Source: Candidatus Moduliflexus flocculans (lineage in GTDB: Bacteria; Moduliflexota; Moduliflexia; Moduliflexales; Moduliflexaceae). From it: a stretch of DNA of 64,000 nt. The translations under genes were made by a program, and so were the position numbers. Positions 29,212 through 41,556 of this stretch are shown here, piece by piece; the stretch's first letter is position 1; the number at the start of each line of letters is the position of its first letter. Below the pieces are notes generated by a model, which worked only from the letters and a program-made list of their open reading frames with translations, did not search any database and was not told the DNA's origin. Location: positions 1,304,712 through 1,368,711 of the forward strand of contig DF820455.1 of NCBI GenBank assembly GCA_000739515.1. The letters are read 5' to 3'.

Positions 29212-31392
29212 TTAATAGCGCTCGAAATCTTTATCATGTTCGTCTTCCGCGATGGAGGGCATCGCCGAAAAAAACGTCTCACGGTCACTTTTCAGGCGTG
29301 TATTCTTTTGGGAATCAGGCCGCGCGTCGGGCGAAATCCTGGATTTTGGCTGGCGCGGCGATGCGGCGTCTGGAATCGGCGCATCGAAAGACTCCATGGA
29401 TTCAGGGACATGGAAGAATCCGATAATCGTGCGAAGCTGTCCAGCTTGCGCCGCTAATTCTTCGGCGGTTGACGCGACTTCTTCCGACATCGCGGCGTTT
29501 TGCTGCACGATCTGATCTAATTGTTGGATGGCGCGGTTGATTTGTTCGGTTCCGGCGTTTTGTTCGCGGCTTGCCGCCGTAATTTCCTGCACAAGTTCGG
29601 AGGTTTTTTGAATATCCGGCACTAAGCGCGACAGCATATTCCCGGCTTGTTCTGCGATAGAGATGCTGTTGATGGCTAAATGATTGATTTCTTCTGACGC
29701 GGTTTGGCTTCGTTCCGCTAATGAGCGCACCTCTGCGGCGACGACCGCAAAGCCTTTGCCATGCTCTTGCGCTCGCGCGGCCTCAATCGTGGCATTGAGC
29801 GACAGAAGGCGCGTTTGGCGGGCAATGTCTTCGATAATGGAGACGCGCTTCGAAATCTCATGCATCGCAGACACCGTTTCCAGGACTGCCGCGCCGCTGG
29901 CGCGTGCGTCTTCAGCGGATTTGATTGCAAGTTTTTCGGTCTGGAGGGCATTTTCGGCATTTTGCCGGATATTCGCAGCCATTTGTTCAATGGAGGACGA
30001 GGCTTGTTCTGCGGCGGCGGCCTGCTGAGAGGCGCCTTGCGACATTGCTTGTGCGCTGGAACTCAAATTCTGGCTGCCACTTGCGACCTGAAATGCCGCT
30101 TTCTGGATGCTGATTGTCACGTCGCGTAATTTTTCAATCATCACATTGACCACCGTTTGAAATCGTCCGATTTCATCGGAGCGCGTCATGGCTATGCGGA
30201 CATCAAGGTTTCCTTCGGAAAGCTTCTCTGTCGCGGTAATCGCCTGTATAATCGGAATGCTCAGGTTTTTGGCTAAGAGAAAAATCGCCGCGAGCGCAAG
30301 CAACGCGCAGCCTGCGCTTATGCCGATTAAGACAAATGTTTTCTGCCTGCTTTCCTTGAGAAGCGCGTCTGCTTCGGCAGTAATGCGCGCGCGGGGGATA
30401 TTGATATTCACGATCCAGGGCGTTGCGCTCTGTCCGATATGAATAGGGGTAAACACTTCAAGCGCGTTCTCTAAGAGCATGACCGATTCTTCTTCGCTCT
30501 GAATGATGTTTAATAGATGGGTATGCTCGTCTTCGTGGGATTGAGCAGAATTGTTGGCTTGGTTCTCCGTGTGTTCGTGGCCGCCATGCAGCGTATCAAT
30601 CATCTGCCCAGCCAATTGCGGCTGATTTTTGGCCGCGACAATGGTGCCGTTATGGCTGAATAGGACAAACTGCGCTTCCCCTCCGTATAGATCAGGCAGC
30701 GTGTCAATCATGTGCTGCAATACCGCTAATCGCATATCCACGGTGATCACGCCGTAAAAATTGTCTTGAAATATAATCGGCGCGGTAAGGGTCGTCATGA
30801 AAATATTTTTCCCCTGCACAGGGTAAAGGTAGGGATCAATCACGCATTCGCGTTTCGTTTGTTTCGGGCAAAAGTAGTATTCTCCTTTGCCTTCGATGGC
30901 ATAATTTTCTAATGGAGCAAGCGTGATCGTGTCGTTTTCGCCACGCGACCAATATGGGATAAACCGTCCTGTTGCATCATGGCCAGGTTCATTGGCATAG
31001 CCGGAATCTAATTCGTCAAAGGCGTTTGGTTCCCAGGCGGTTCCGATGCCGACAAAATTATCATTTTCCGAGAGAACCGTTTTGAGCAGTCCATTGACCT
31101 GATCGCGATCAATTTGTAAGCCAATGTCAGGGTTTTTGATTCCTTGAAGACTCTGCGCTAATGTTCGCGCCGTATCCATCGCAGTTTCCATCTCGGCTTT
31201 GATGGCATTTGCATATTGTTGCGCTAACGTTCTGACGTAATTCTGAGTATCGCGAAGTGCTGTCTCTCTCTCAGAAAACGCCTGTTTCCGCATATCAACG
31301 ACAATATACGCGACAATCACAGTGGTCGTCAGAAGTAGGCACAACCCCATCCACGACGCAATTCTGACTTGAAGTCGTTTGTAGAATTTCAT
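29212..31392 (-). CDS. Methyl-accepting chemotaxis protein with a Cache-like periplasmic sensor and HAMP; C-terminus ...DFERY
   Basis: TM1, ~300-aa periplasmic domain, TM2, HAMP, then the MCP signalling domain (ARTLAQS...[13 protein letters not shown]). Confidence 0.85.
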   Translation of the reverse strand: MKFYKRLQVRIASWMGLCLLLTTTVIVAYIVVDMRKQAFSERETALRDTQNYVRTLAQQYANAIKAEMETAMDTARTLAQSLQGIKNPDIGLQIDRDQVNGLLKTVLSENDNFVGIGTAWEPNAFDELDSGYANEPGHDATGRFIPYWSRGENDTITLAPLENYAIEGKGEYYFCPKQTKRECVIDPYLYPVQGKNIFMTTLTAPIIFQDNFYGVITVDMRLAVLQHMIDTLPDLYGGEAQFVLFSHNGTIVAAKNQPQLAGQMIDTLHGGHEHTENQANNSAQSHEDEHTHLLNIIQSEEESVMLLENALEVFTPIHIGQSATPWIVNINIPRARITAEADALLKESRQKTFVLIGISAGCALLALAAIFLLAKNLSIPIIQAITATEKLSEGNLDVRIAMTRSDEIGRFQTVVNVMIEKLRDVTISIQKAAFQVASGSQNLSSSAQAMSQGASQQAAAAEQASSSIEQMAANIRQNAENALQTEKLAIKSAEDARASGAAVLETVSAMHEISKRVSIIEDIARQTRLLSLNATIEAARAQEHGKGFAVVAAEVRSLAERSQTASEEINHLAINSISIAEQAGNMLSRLVPDIQKTSELVQEITAASREQNAGTEQINRAIQQLDQIVQQNAAMSEEVASTAEELAAQAGQLRTIIGFFHVPESMESFDAPIPDAASPRQPKSRISPDARPDSQKNTRLKSDRETFFSAMPSIAEDEHDKDFERY

Positions 31393-31618
31393 ATCCCTCC
31401 CCCTGTTTCCCCAGGGCTGTTACGTTCTGTCATTGCGCGGAGCGTCAGCGACAAAGCAATCCCTGATCTTCGCGAGATTGCTTCGTCGTTGTCACTCCTC
31501 GCAATGACAACGTCGTGACGAGAACTTCACAACCCTGCTCTGTTTCTCTGCATAAACCGATTTGTCTCCCCTGATTCTTTCCTGTGTATGCTTTTCATGG
31601 TATGGCGTTATTCCCTTG

Positions 31619-31696
31619 CATTGAACGGGCCAAAACCTGTCAGACACCGTGAAGGTATCTGACAGGTCTGTTCAATCATCGTGCATAATGCTGTAT
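31619..31696. repeat. Repeat family 4, long form (CATTGAACGGG...CTGTCAGACACCGTGAAGGTATCTGACAG...CTGTTCAATCATCGTGCATAATGCTGTA)
   Basis: Homologous copies at 41336-41412 (same orientation) and about 46429-46512 (inverted). Confidence 0.6.
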
Positions 31697-31744
31697 GCCA
31701 CCGGCAGATATTGTCCATGAAAAAACACAACATTTTCATTTCGA

Positions 31745-32914
31745 TCATGACGCCGTTGATACCGTTGTGCGCTTGACCGAACGCGGCGGATAGGCTGGGC
31801 GCTCAAAGATAATGGCAACTTTTGTGCCTTGCGCGCTCTCGATGGTAATCTCTCCTTTTAATTGACGCACCAGCATTTTTACCAAGCGCAGCCCAAACGA
31901 GAGCGCCTGATGTTCTTCTGAAAGAATGTGCGGAAAACCGATCCCATTGTCTTTCACCTCTAATAATAACATCGCGGTGTCATACGTTTGCAACGCGATC
32001 TGAATTTCATTGGGCGGCTGGAGGGGCTGGCATTTCTGGGGAAAGGCATATTTCAAACTATTGGACATCAATTCGTTGATAATTAGCCCACATGAGATTG
32101 CTGTGTCCACATCGAGAGAAACAGGGGTGACATCAATCGCTAACGAAATGTTGGTTTTCCCATAGGATTGCAACAATGTATGCGCTAACTGCGTGATATA
32201 CGCATGCACGTCTAACTCGGCCAGGTTGCTGGATTGGTAGAGTTGTTCGTGAATATGCGCGATTGAGCGGATGCGGTTCTGCGCTTCTAAGAAAATATCA
32301 CGCGCCAGAGGGTCTTTAATATCTTCTGATTGCAAATCCAATAAACTGGAAATGACTTGTAAATTGTTTTTGACGCGATGGTGGAGTTCTCGAAGCAAGA
32401 CTTCCTTTTCTTTGAGCGATGCCTGAAGTTCTTCCTGGGTTCGCGTTCGCTCATAAATTTCATTTTTCAATTCTTGCGTCCGCTGTGCCACCAGTTCTTC
32501 AAGGCGTTCGCGGTGCTTTTGGAGTTCCAACTCATTCTGTTTGCGCTGAATAGCATTTTCAACGGTCAACGCCAATGTTTTTAAATAATTGCCTTCCTGA
32601 TCTTTGATCAAATAGTCATATGCCCCGGCTTTCATGGCTTTGACAGCGATCTCTTCGTTGCCGATGCCGGTGACAAGAATAATGGGAATGCCTGCCAAAT
32701 CATCAAAGAGATCGAAGGCCACGCCGTCTCCTAACACATAATCCACGACAGCGGCATCAACAGGCGTCGTTCGGAGCAGTTGGCGCGTCTGTTCGACTGA
32801 GCCGGCAATGACGTATTCATAGGGAAAATGTTCGCGCCTGGCAAACCGCTCGAACGCCATCTGGTCAACTTTGTCATCTTCAACAAACACAATCTTGTAA
32901 GGAGCGCATTCCAT
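31745..32914 (-). CDS. Hybrid histidine kinase: N-terminal REC, HisKA_2-type phosphoacceptor (HHRVKNNLQ) and HATPase
   Basis: REC motif IVFVEDDKVD. The HHRVKNNLQVISSLL H-box. C-terminal ATPase G-boxes. Confidence 0.8.
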   Translation of the reverse strand: MECAPYKIVFVEDDKVDQMAFERFARREHFPYEYVIAGSVEQTRQLLRTTPVDAAVVDYVLGDGVAFDLFDDLAGIPIILVTGIGNEEIAVKAMKAGAYDYLIKDQEGNYLKTLALTVENAIQRKQNELELQKHRERLEELVAQRTQELKNEIYERTRTQEELQASLKEKEVLLRELHHRVKNNLQVISSLLDLQSEDIKDPLARDIFLEAQNRIRSIAHIHEQLYQSSNLAELDVHAYITQLAHTLLQSYGKTNISLAIDVTPVSLDVDTAISCGLIINELMSNSLKYAFPQKCQPLQPPNEIQIALQTYDTAMLLLEVKDNGIGFPHILSEEHQALSFGLRLVKMLVRQLKGEITIESAQGTKVAIIFERPAYPPRSVKRTTVSTAS

Positions 32915-32917
32915 AAC

Positions 32918-33367
32918 TTATTCCTCGTCAGGCATCTCACTCAACGTCCAATAGAGATTGATCGTGCGAACGACTTCAACAAACTGCTGATAATCAACAG
33001 GTTTGATCATGTATCCGGCGACGCCTAAATCAAAGCTTTCAAACTTGTCCTGATCGTTTTTAGAAGCAGTTAGCACGACGACTGGAACTTTTTTTAACGA
33101 GGGGTCTTTTTTAATAATCTGGAGGAGTTCCAGACCATTCATTTTCGGCATATTCAGGTCTAACAGGATGATACAGGGGCGTTCTGTATTCGGCTGGTGT
33201 AAAAACTGCAATGCCTCTTCCCCGTTACCCGCCACAAACACGTCATTCGTGACGTGAATCTCCCGCAGCGACCGCTTCACAGTCATCGCATCCACTTTAT
33301 CATCTTCAACCAATAAAATAGGCTTTTTGCTATTCATCATCATAGCTCCTTCACATTGCATTGCCAA
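32918..33367 (-). CDS. Single-domain CheY-like response regulator
   Basis: 149 aa, REC only (ILLVEDDKVD...DLNMPKMNG). Confidence 0.85.
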   Translation of the reverse strand: MAMQCEGAMMMNSKKPILLVEDDKVDAMTVKRSLREIHVTNDVFVAGNGEEALQFLHQPNTERPCIILLDLNMPKMNGLELLQIIKKDPSLKKVPVVVLTASKNDQDKFESFDLGVAGYMIKPVDYQQFVEVVRTINLYWTLSEMPDEE

Positions 33368-33858
33368 ACCGCTATGCCGCCCCCCGGCATACGGGTAGGG
33401 GTATCGTTGTATGCATCCTTTTAATCTGTCTGAGCGATAGCGAACCTCAATACATGATCACGCTTCGACAACGCATTGAGGACGGCTATACTGAAAAAAT
33501 ATATCCGTTATCGCAATATTGCAAGATGGCGTCAATGAAATTCTCCATTCAATTCATGCAATGACATAAGAACGTCATTTTTATGCGCGTCGTTCTGAGA
33601 TTTTTGTGGAGATGGAAGACTTGCCAGACCGTTCACTATGTCAACCCAAACTGGCGATCACATTCGAGGTCTGATTCAATCCAGGTTCGGTCTCCATCGA
33701 AGCGAATAAAAGATTGCTCATAATTTTCGACACGTTCGCGGCTGAATTGGTTAATATTGCGTCTGGCATTTATCGCGCCGATAGTGGCGAATTGACGAAA
33801 ATTTCTGCGGTGTTCCGCGCGATTTCCTCCTGTTCGCAAATCGTCTGCGGGTTGTGTT

Positions 33859-35112
33859 TCATGAAGATTTGGGCAGAGTGAAAAAAAATTTGCTCCCCTG
33901 ATTCAGTTCGGACTCTACCCAGATAGTCCCACCATAAAGCGTAATAATCTTTTTCACAATTGCAAGCCCTAATCCAATCTGTTTATCGTTGTCATGGGTA
34001 TGCAGTGTTTGAAATAGGTGAAAAATTTTGTCGTGATATTCCGCAGGAATCCCTGCGCCGTTATCAGCCACTTCAAACTGCCAAAATCCTCCATGATCGC
34101 GACAGGCAATTGTCACCTGTCCTTGAGGGCGTCCCATAAATAAAATTGCGTTATCTATCAGGTTGCCAAACAGGGCTGACAGGTGTTCTTTCTTGCCAGA
34201 GATGACAGGGAGAGGGGTCAGGATACAACACACGATCGTCTCTGGCGGCATGAGATTTTCGAATATCTGCGGAATCAGGGCGTTCAGATCAATCGGCTTG
34301 ACTTTCTCTGGCTGCCGGACAATGCTGATGTATTCCGCGATGCCATCAAGCAGACTATTCATCCGTTTGACGCGCTGAACCAACCAGGAGAGCATTTCCT
34401 GGGCGCGCGCATCAAAGAGATGGCTATAATCATCTTTCAGCCATTGCGCCAATTGCCCGATCCCGCGCAGCGGCGTTTTCAAATCGTGCGAAACCGTCGA
34501 GATGACATTTCGAAGATCATCATTGGCCGCTTCTAATTCTGCCGTGCGTTCTCGCACACGCTGTTCGAGGCGCGCATTCATCTGGCGCACGGCCTCTTCG
34601 GCTTCTTGTCGCTGGCGAATTTCTTGCTGCAAGATTGAATTCTGTTTCTGGAGCGAGCGTTGCAGCCGACTCAGTTTTAAATGCGTGTGTACCCGCAGCA
34701 ACACTTCATCGGCCTGAAACGGTTTGGTAATGTAATCTACGCCACCGATTTGGAAGGCGTAAGCTTTGTCCTGAATATCATCTTTCGCGCTGATAAAAAT
34801 AATTGGGATATCACGAGTCCGCGCGTCATTTTTGAGTTGACGGCAAATCTCATAGCCGGAAATTTCTGGCATCATAATATCCAGCAATATCAAATCCGGC
34901 GGCTGCGTCTGTGCGCTGACGAGAGCTAAGTGTCCATGAGAAACCGGTCGCACCACATGCTGTTGGGATTTCAATATCTCCATCAACATGCGAAGATTGG
35001 CCGGAATATCATCAACGATCATGATCGCGCCGACCAATCTTTCCTGAGGGGCTGTTGCATCAACATGATTCATATCCGGGTTTGTCTTGATGATCGCGCA
35101 GACATTTGACAC
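33859..35112 (-). CDS. Hybrid histidine kinase: REC - coiled coil - HisKA - HATPase
   Basis: REC (IMIVDDIPANLRM...DIMMPEISG). H-box VSHDLKTPL. G-box GLGLAIVKKI. Confidence 0.8.
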   Translation of the reverse strand: MSNVCAIIKTNPDMNHVDATAPQERLVGAIMIVDDIPANLRMLMEILKSQQHVVRPVSHGHLALVSAQTQPPDLILLDIMMPEISGYEICRQLKNDARTRDIPIIFISAKDDIQDKAYAFQIGGVDYITKPFQADEVLLRVHTHLKLSRLQRSLQKQNSILQQEIRQRQEAEEAVRQMNARLEQRVRERTAELEAANDDLRNVISTVSHDLKTPLRGIGQLAQWLKDDYSHLFDARAQEMLSWLVQRVKRMNSLLDGIAEYISIVRQPEKVKPIDLNALIPQIFENLMPPETIVCCILTPLPVISGKKEHLSALFGNLIDNAILFMGRPQGQVTIACRDHGGFWQFEVADNGAGIPAEYHDKIFHLFQTLHTHDNDKQIGLGLAIVKKIITLYGGTIWVESELNQGSKFFFTLPKSS

Positions 35113-35145
35113 TTTCTGCGGCCTGCCTATCCATTCACGTCCCCG

Positions 35146-37161
35146 TCAGCGATTCAGCAATTTATGGATAATTCCATCCAATTTGCGCAAATTGACAGGT
35201 TTGCTCATATACTCGTTCGCGCCAGCCTCGATGCACCGTTCGCGGTCTCCAGGCATGGCAAGAGCGGTCAACGCGATAATCGCAGGGGACATGTCCGGCA
35301 GGGCGCGAATATGCTGAATCGCTTCGAGGCCCCCCATGACCGGCATCTGAATATCCATCAGAATGGCCGCAGGTCGCATCTGAATCGTTTGTTCAAGCGC
35401 CTCTTTCCCATCTTTTGCGATAGCGACGGCATAGCCTTTCAATTTGAGATACTCAGCTAACATCTCCGCATTGGTTTCATGATCGTCGGCGACAAGAATC
35501 ATCGGCGCGGTCGTCGAATTGTTCGGAGCGCTATCGTTGGCAATCCCCGGCGAGATCGTTGATTCTTCCTGAATCTGCTCTTGATGCTGAACAAGCGACG
35601 CATTGTGGACGGGCAAAGAAACCGTAAACCGGCTTCCTTTGCCGACAGTGCTTGTCACGCTGATATGCCCGCCATGCATTTCTACCATTCGGGAAACCAA
35701 CGACAGCCCTAACCCCGTTCCCGGGTGTCGGCGAGTAAATGTGCCATCTAACTGAACAAATGGCTGAAATAAGCGCTGAATATCTTCGGGCGAGATGCCA
35801 ATGCCGGTATCCCAGACAGTAAAATGCACCTGGTGATCATGTTCCGAACGGACATCGAGGCCGACCTGTCCGCCTTCTGGCGTAAATTTCACCGCATTGC
35901 TCAGCAGATTGACGAAAATTTGTTTGAGACGCCGTTCATCGGCATCAAGCGTTGGCATTGCGGCCTGAAAATCAAATGAAATGGCAATCCGTTTTTTGCT
36001 CGCCTCTTGTTTGATAAAGCGTAAACTTGCCTGACAGACGTTCTCGATATTGACCGGGGAGATCAGCAGTTCTAACTTCCCTGCGCCAATTTTGGCTAAA
36101 TCCAAAATATCGCGAATAATCGCAAGCAAATGGCGGCCACTTTCATCAATGCTGTTCAATGCATCCCGCTGTTTCTGCGTTAATGCGCCGAAAATCTCTT
36201 CTTGCAATGCCTCGGTCATGCCCAGAATTGTATGGAGCGGCGTGCGAAATTCATGGCTCATCGTGGCGAGAAATTCATCCTTCATTCGGGCAGCGCGGGC
36301 AAGTTCGGCATTGGCTTGCTGGAGTTCGGCGGTACGTTCTTCGACACGCCGGGTTAGCGATTCGCGTTCTTGCTGCAACGCTAATTCGCTTTCTTTTCGT
36401 TCGGTAATATCCTGAACCAGGCCATCGTAAGAGATCAGCACGCCTTGTTTATCGTGATGCAGCACTGACGTATTTCTTACCCAGCGCACTGCGCCGTCTT
36501 TTCGAATAATCCGATGCTCGTATGGCTCGACATTCTGCCCCTCCATCAGGCGCTCTGTGCGTTCGATCACCATCTGGCAATCCGCGTCATAGACCATTTG
36601 AATCCAAAGATGCGGATTTTTTCGAAATTCTTCTTGCGTATATCCTGTCACTGCGATACAAGTCGCGCTATGTTCTGTTGATTCTGCGCGGCCATCTTGC
36701 ACGCGCACCGTATAAATGTAATCCGTCACCGCTGCAATTAACCGACGGTAGCGCTCCTCGCTATCTTTCAACATCCGCTCCAATTGATGCCGATAAATCG
36801 CCATTTCGATGCAACTGTGTAATTCCCTGGTCTGAAATGGTTTAATCAGATAGCCAAACGGCTCAGCCAATTTCGCGCGTTGAAGTGTTTTTTCATCGGC
36901 ATAGGCGGTGAGATAGATGACCGGGACATCATACAGCAAGTGAAGATGTTTCGCGGCGTCAATGCCATCGATCTTTCCCTCAAGTTCAATATCCATCAAC
37001 ACCACATCCACCTGATATTTAAGCGCTTTTTGAATGGCTTGCTCGCCCGTGCTGACGACATCCGCAATCGCATACCCCAATCGCTCTAATTTGGTTCTGA
37101 TATTTTCAGCGACGATCACTTCGTCTTCCACAATAAGAATACTGGTCTGCGTTTGCGCCAT
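35146..37161 (-). CDS. Hybrid sensor histidine kinase: REC - PAS - HisKA - HATPase - REC
   Basis: N-terminal REC (ILIVEDEVIV...DIELEGKIDG). H-box MSHEFRTPL. ATPase motifs. C-terminal REC (ILVADDHETN...DIQMPVMGG). Confidence 0.8.
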   Translation of the reverse strand: MAQTQTSILIVEDEVIVAENIRTKLERLGYAIADVVSTGEQAIQKALKYQVDVVLMDIELEGKIDGIDAAKHLHLLYDVPVIYLTAYADEKTLQRAKLAEPFGYLIKPFQTRELHSCIEMAIYRHQLERMLKDSEERYRRLIAAVTDYIYTVRVQDGRAESTEHSATCIAVTGYTQEEFRKNPHLWIQMVYDADCQMVIERTERLMEGQNVEPYEHRIIRKDGAVRWVRNTSVLHHDKQGVLISYDGLVQDITERKESELALQQERESLTRRVEERTAELQQANAELARAARMKDEFLATMSHEFRTPLHTILGMTEALQEEIFGALTQKQRDALNSIDESGRHLLAIIRDILDLAKIGAGKLELLISPVNIENVCQASLRFIKQEASKKRIAISFDFQAAMPTLDADERRLKQIFVNLLSNAVKFTPEGGQVGLDVRSEHDHQVHFTVWDTGIGISPEDIQRLFQPFVQLDGTFTRRHPGTGLGLSLVSRMVEMHGGHISVTSTVGKGSRFTVSLPVHNASLVQHQEQIQEESTISPGIANDSAPNNSTTAPMILVADDHETNAEMLAEYLKLKGYAVAIAKDGKEALEQTIQMRPAAILMDIQMPVMGGLEAIQHIRALPDMSPAIIALTALAMPGDRERCIEAGANEYMSKPVNLRKLDGIIHKLLNR

Positions 37162-37354
37162 ATCGTATATGGATCACGTTTTCTGCCAGGGAACGCCCCT
37201 GATAGATAAGGATATATGCTTGCAATTTCTGGTGTGTTGCGCGTTCGGAAAAGACGGCAGAAAACACACCAGAACGCGGCGGTTCTGTCAATGGGAATTT
37301 GCGTCACCGCGAGTTTTTCCTCGTCGGCAACCGCAACGCCTCTCATGTTCGGCG

Positions 37355-40300
37355 TTAATATCGCTCGAATTCCTCGTCCCGCTCATCGCCGAGCGCGAAA
37401 GGATGCCGCACAGGAATCGGCGTGTCTGCCGCGCCATTTTCAGCCCGGCTGACAGCGCGGACGATTTTTTTCGCCGCCGCCTCTTCCCGGCGTCTCTCTT
37501 TAACAGGCAAGGCGTCGTTCTCCCGTTTTCGAGGAAGATTGGAGAGGCTTTTTTCGTCTTCATATCCGATATTAAAAAAACTCATGGTGACTTGTAATTG
37601 TTCGGCTTGACTGGCCAATTCTTCCGAGGTGGACGCCACTTCTTCGGCAGTCGCCGCATTTTGCTGAATCACTTGATCCAACTGCTGAATAGCCCGATTG
37701 ATCTGTCCCGCGCCGGAATCTTGTTCTTTGCTGGCTGCGCTGATTTCCTGGACAAGTTCGGCGGTTTTTTGAATGTCCGGCACGAGGCGGGCGAGCATTT
37801 CTCCGGCATATTTCGCGATTTTGACGCTGGCGTTCGCGAGATTATTGATGTCTTCCGCGGCGGCCTGGCTGCGTTCCGCTAACGAGCGCACTTCCGCCGC
37901 CACCACCGCAAAGCCTTTGCCTTGTTCCGCCGCCTTGGCCGCCTCAATCGTAGCATTCAGCGACAACAGGCGCGTCTGGCGGGCAATATCTTCAATAATC
38001 GCAATCCGCTTCGCAATGTCTTGCATGGCAGCCACCGTATCCGCAACGGCTTTGCCGCTTTCCTGCGCGTCTGCTGCCGATTTTAACGCGATCTTGTCTG
38101 TCTGCGTGGCATTTTCCGCATTCTGACGAATATTGGCAGCCATTTCTTCCATAGATGACGACGCTTCTTCTGCCGCTGCCGCCTGTTCGGTCGTGCCTTG
38201 CGAAAGCTGCTGCGCGCTGGAACTCAATTGCTGGCTGCCGCCAGAAACGTAATTCGCCGCAAATTTGACGCTGGTCACGACATCGCGCAGTTTCCTGACC
38301 ATCGCGCCGAGCGCTCGCATCAAGCCATCGCGCTCTGAACGCGCCTCAACCTGAATCGTTAAATTCCCATTCGCCAATTCCTCGGCCATGTGCGTGATGT
38401 CCGCCATCACTTGAATCAGCACATTCAGGTTCGTTTTGATCTCGTTGAAGTCACCGAAGTAAGTCTCCTGGATTGGTTCTGGCAGGTCGCCTTTCGAGAT
38501 GCGATCCACATACGTCGCCGCGACATTTAATGGGGTAATGATCGCGTCGAGCGTGTTGTTGACGCCTTCGACGATTCGTGCAAAATCGCCGCTGAACCGC
38601 CCGACTTCGCCGCGCGTGGCAAGCTGCCCTTGCGTTGCCGCATTCGTCAGGCGGATTGCCTCCGCAACTAAGCCGTTGATGGCATCAATGCATTGATTCA
38701 GATTATTTTTAATGTCGTTAAAATCGCCGTGATACATTTCGGTGATTTTGTCTGGAATATCCCCTTTCGAAATGCGATTCACATACGCTGCCGTCAGTTG
38801 AATCGGCTTGACAAACGCATCAATCAACAGGTTAATCCCTTCAACCGTGTCGCGCCAGCCGCCGGAGAATTTAGCGAGATTGCTCCGCATCGTCAGATTT
38901 CCCTGCCGCGTTGCGTTAATCAATTCATTCGTTTCCTGGAGAATTTGATGAATGCATTGGATCATCAGGTTCAACGAACGCATCAACGTGTCATGTTCGG
39001 AACACTCGCGCGCTTCAATCTTGAGGTTGCCGCTGGCAATGGATTCAGCAATCCGCGTGGTCTCATTGGTCGCATCAATCAGGAGATTCAGATTATTGAT
39101 CATCGTCACGAAATCCCCTTGATAGGCTGAAGTGATTTTCTCTGGAATATCTCCTTTCGCAATACGATCCAGATGGGCAGCGGTAAGCGCGAAGGGTTGC
39201 GTAAACGCGTCAATTACGTTATTCACGCCGCCGATCATCTCGCACCAGCCGCCAACAAATTGACTGGCATTGCCTCGCATGGCAAGCTGCCCGGTCTGAA
39301 TGGCTTGCGTTAAGACTCCCATTTCCTTCAGCACGGCGCGGATCGTGCTTTGCATGTCGCGAAATGCTTGCGCGAGGCTGCCGATTTCATCGCTGCGGAT
39401 CAGGCGAATCTCTTTGCGGGTTTCGCCTGCCGCCAGCTCGTTCGCCAGGCCAACGATCTGCGTTAGCGGCTTCGTGATCGAGCGGCTGAAAATGCTGAAT
39501 CCCACGATCACCATCAATGCTGCGGCAATGAATGTGACCAGGCCAGTGCGCGTGGCGAATGGGATTCTTGCGGCGACGGCGGCCTGCATCTGCTGCTGTT
39601 CTTCTCGGATCGAATTTTCGAGCACATTGAGGCTCTGGCGGATCGGATCGCTATACCCATCTAATTCATCATCAATATTCACAAATTCCGCATTGATTTG
39701 CGCGGCGGCGACGGCGCTTTCTTGAATCAACCGCGCCAACGTCTCTTGCACTCCTGTGGCGAGCTTCGGAAACGTCTCGCGAATCATTCGAGCCGCCTCT
39801 TTTTCATTCTCTGTCTCAACGAATCCATCCAGTTGAGCGACGGCCAGGCGCATCGTCTGAATAGCATTCTGAATCGTTTTCAGGCGTTCCTCCTGGATGC
39901 GGCCTTCATCTTTGTCTATAATCGAATCCATCGAGGCTAACATGAGTTTAGCATGAAATTCTGCAAACGTGCTCAACAGATTGACCTGTTCACTGCGGCG
40001 CAGCAATTCCTGCGAGGCGTTGCTCACCTTCTTTTCAACCGATGTCATCAGTATCTCGAATTGTGTTTGAATCTGTTTTCCGAGATCGCCCAACGCGCCA
40101 TTTAGCGCGGCAAACGCTGCGTCATTCTGCGCGCCAGACGCCGCGCTTTCCTGAAGCAGTTTGACCAAATCGGTTAAAATGCCCTTCTCCAATTGCGGCA
40201 GCAGCGTTCTGATTTGATTGACTGACGCCTGTTCCTCGCTCGTATCCGCAAGCGCATCCAGTTGGGAGAACCGAGTTTGAATGAATTGCAAGCTGCTGGA

Positions 40301-40990
40301 AATCTGGTGCAGGCGCTGCTCGCTGATTTTGCCGGATTGTCGATCAATCATGGACTGTATGGCCTCTAACATGAGCAGATGATGCATTTGCAGACATTCT
40401 CGCAAAAAGCGAGCGTGTTGATTGAATGTTGCGGCAATATTGGCGGCAGTCTCCTGTTTTTCATGCAACGACGAGCGCAACGTAGTGATCGCCGCGTCAA
40501 TTTGAGCGCCATCCTGATCGAGTTCGTTATCAATTTGTTCGAAAGCTTTTGTAATATCCTGAAGTTGCGCCGCGCTCTGTTCGATCAAGCGCACCAAACG
40601 CTCTTGAATGCCAACTTGTAATTTGGGAAAGATATCCTCAGCTTTTTGAAAGGCGATTTTTTCCTCATCGGTATCAACAATTGCGCCCAACTCCTGAAAC
40701 CGCTGCTTCAATGCGGCGATATTTTCGGTGATGACTTTCATGCGCTCATCGCGAATGCGGCCTTCGTCTTTATCAATGACGGAATCCATTGCCGCCAATA
40801 CCAGATCAACCAGCAGCGTCCGCGCTTGAATGGCGCGCTCTAATTGGCGCTCGCGTTCAGCCATTGCCTCATTCGTCTGCCTGATGAGTTGGTTTGTTCG
40901 AAATGAAATCCCGCCCATTGCGCCTAAAATGATGATAATCATCATGCCCATAATCAACATTTTTTTGCCAATCGTCCATCTCATGTTCAT
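37355..40990 (-). CDS. Giant methyl-accepting chemotaxis protein (1211 aa): triple-repeat helical periplasmic sensor, poly-HAMP array, MCP signalling domain; C-terminus ...EEFERY
   Basis: Two TM segments bracket a ~450-aa periplasmic region holding three ~115-aa repeats. Cytoplasmic HAMP follows, then three ~78-aa HAMP-like repeats ([12 protein letters not shown]...YxGDF) and two more HAMP-like units. Confidence 0.8.
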   Translation of the reverse strand: MNMRWTIGKKMLIMGMMIIIILGAMGGISFRTNQLIRQTNEAMAERERQLERAIQARTLLVDLVLAAMDSVIDKDEGRIRDERMKVITENIAALKQRFQELGAIVDTDEEKIAFQKAEDIFPKLQVGIQERLVRLIEQSAAQLQDITKAFEQIDNELDQDGAQIDAAITTLRSSLHEKQETAANIAATFNQHARFLRECLQMHHLLMLEAIQSMIDRQSGKISEQRLHQISSSLQFIQTRFSQLDALADTSEEQASVNQIRTLLPQLEKGILTDLVKLLQESAASGAQNDAAFAALNGALGDLGKQIQTQFEILMTSVEKKVSNASQELLRRSEQVNLLSTFAEFHAKLMLASMDSIIDKDEGRIQEERLKTIQNAIQTMRLAVAQLDGFVETENEKEAARMIRETFPKLATGVQETLARLIQESAVAAAQINAEFVNIDDELDGYSDPIRQSLNVLENSIREEQQQMQAAVAARIPFATRTGLVTFIAAALMVIVGFSIFSRSITKPLTQIVGLANELAAGETRKEIRLIRSDEIGSLAQAFRDMQSTIRAVLKEMGVLTQAIQTGQLAMRGNASQFVGGWCEMIGGVNNVIDAFTQPFALTAAHLDRIAKGDIPEKITSAYQGDFVTMINNLNLLIDATNETTRIAESIASGNLKIEARECSEHDTLMRSLNLMIQCIHQILQETNELINATRQGNLTMRSNLAKFSGGWRDTVEGINLLIDAFVKPIQLTAAYVNRISKGDIPDKITEMYHGDFNDIKNNLNQCIDAINGLVAEAIRLTNAATQGQLATRGEVGRFSGDFARIVEGVNNTLDAIITPLNVAATYVDRISKGDLPEPIQETYFGDFNEIKTNLNVLIQVMADITHMAEELANGNLTIQVEARSERDGLMRALGAMVRKLRDVVTSVKFAANYVSGGSQQLSSSAQQLSQGTTEQAAAAEEASSSMEEMAANIRQNAENATQTDKIALKSAADAQESGKAVADTVAAMQDIAKRIAIIEDIARQTRLLSLNATIEAAKAAEQGKGFAVVAAEVRSLAERSQAAAEDINNLANASVKIAKYAGEMLARLVPDIQKTAELVQEISAASKEQDSGAGQINRAIQQLDQVIQQNAATAEEVASTSEELASQAEQLQVTMSFFNIGYEDEKSLSNLPRKRENDALPVKERRREEAAAKKIVRAVSRAENGAADTPIPVRHPFALGDERDEEFERY

Positions 40991-41287
40991 TCCTCCTCAT
41001 GTTCGTTTTTCAGGGTTATCACGTGTCATGAATCGCGTTCAAACTCATCGTCACGCTCATTTCCGTTCCCATGAGACGAGGCGCGATGTACGGTTTTTTT
41101 CAAAAATGATCGCATTGTTCATTGCGATTGAACAAGAGCGCAAAAGCCATTGAATGATGCTGTATGTACCATTTATTGCACTTCGAGCGCATGTCAAGAA
41201 TCTTTTTTGCGGGGATTCGGAGAGAGGGATCGCGAGCAGCGCGCAATCCCAACGATGACACGGGATCATTCGTTTTTATGAATATGT

Positions 41288-41440
41288 CGTACCGCCGACG
41301 TCCTCGTCGGCCTCTCTTACAGCATTATTCACTTGCATTGAACGGGACGAAACCTGTCAGACACCTTGAAGGTGTCTGACAGGTCTGTTTAATCATCACG
41401 CTTAATGCTGTACAGCGCCGACGAGGACGTCGGCGGTACG
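41288..41440. repeat. Nested repeat: family-3 palindrome arms (41288-41311 and 41417-41440) with a family-4 element (41336-41412) in the loop
   Basis: Outer 24-bp arms CGTACCGCCGACGTCCTCGTCGGC / GCCGACGAGGACGTCGGCGGTACG. The inner core is the ACCTGTCAGACACCTTGAAGGTGTCTGACAGGT palindrome. Confidence 0.6.
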
Positions 41441-41556
41441 AAATGCCATTAAAATCTCATGAAACAGTGCGCTGTTCTAAGGAAAGGCTGGACGGGTTCT
41501 AAAAATCTGAGCGACGTTTATCGAACGGGAAAACGGCGATGTTAGGCACGCATTTT

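Noticed and set aside
29684-38126. Antisense ORFs inside two MCP genes (29684-30028 and 37773-38126) that encode near-identical peptides ([21 protein letters not shown]...)
   Set aside because: They are opposite-strand shadows of the highly conserved MCP signalling-domain DNA shared by the two paralogous receptors. They are not independent genes.
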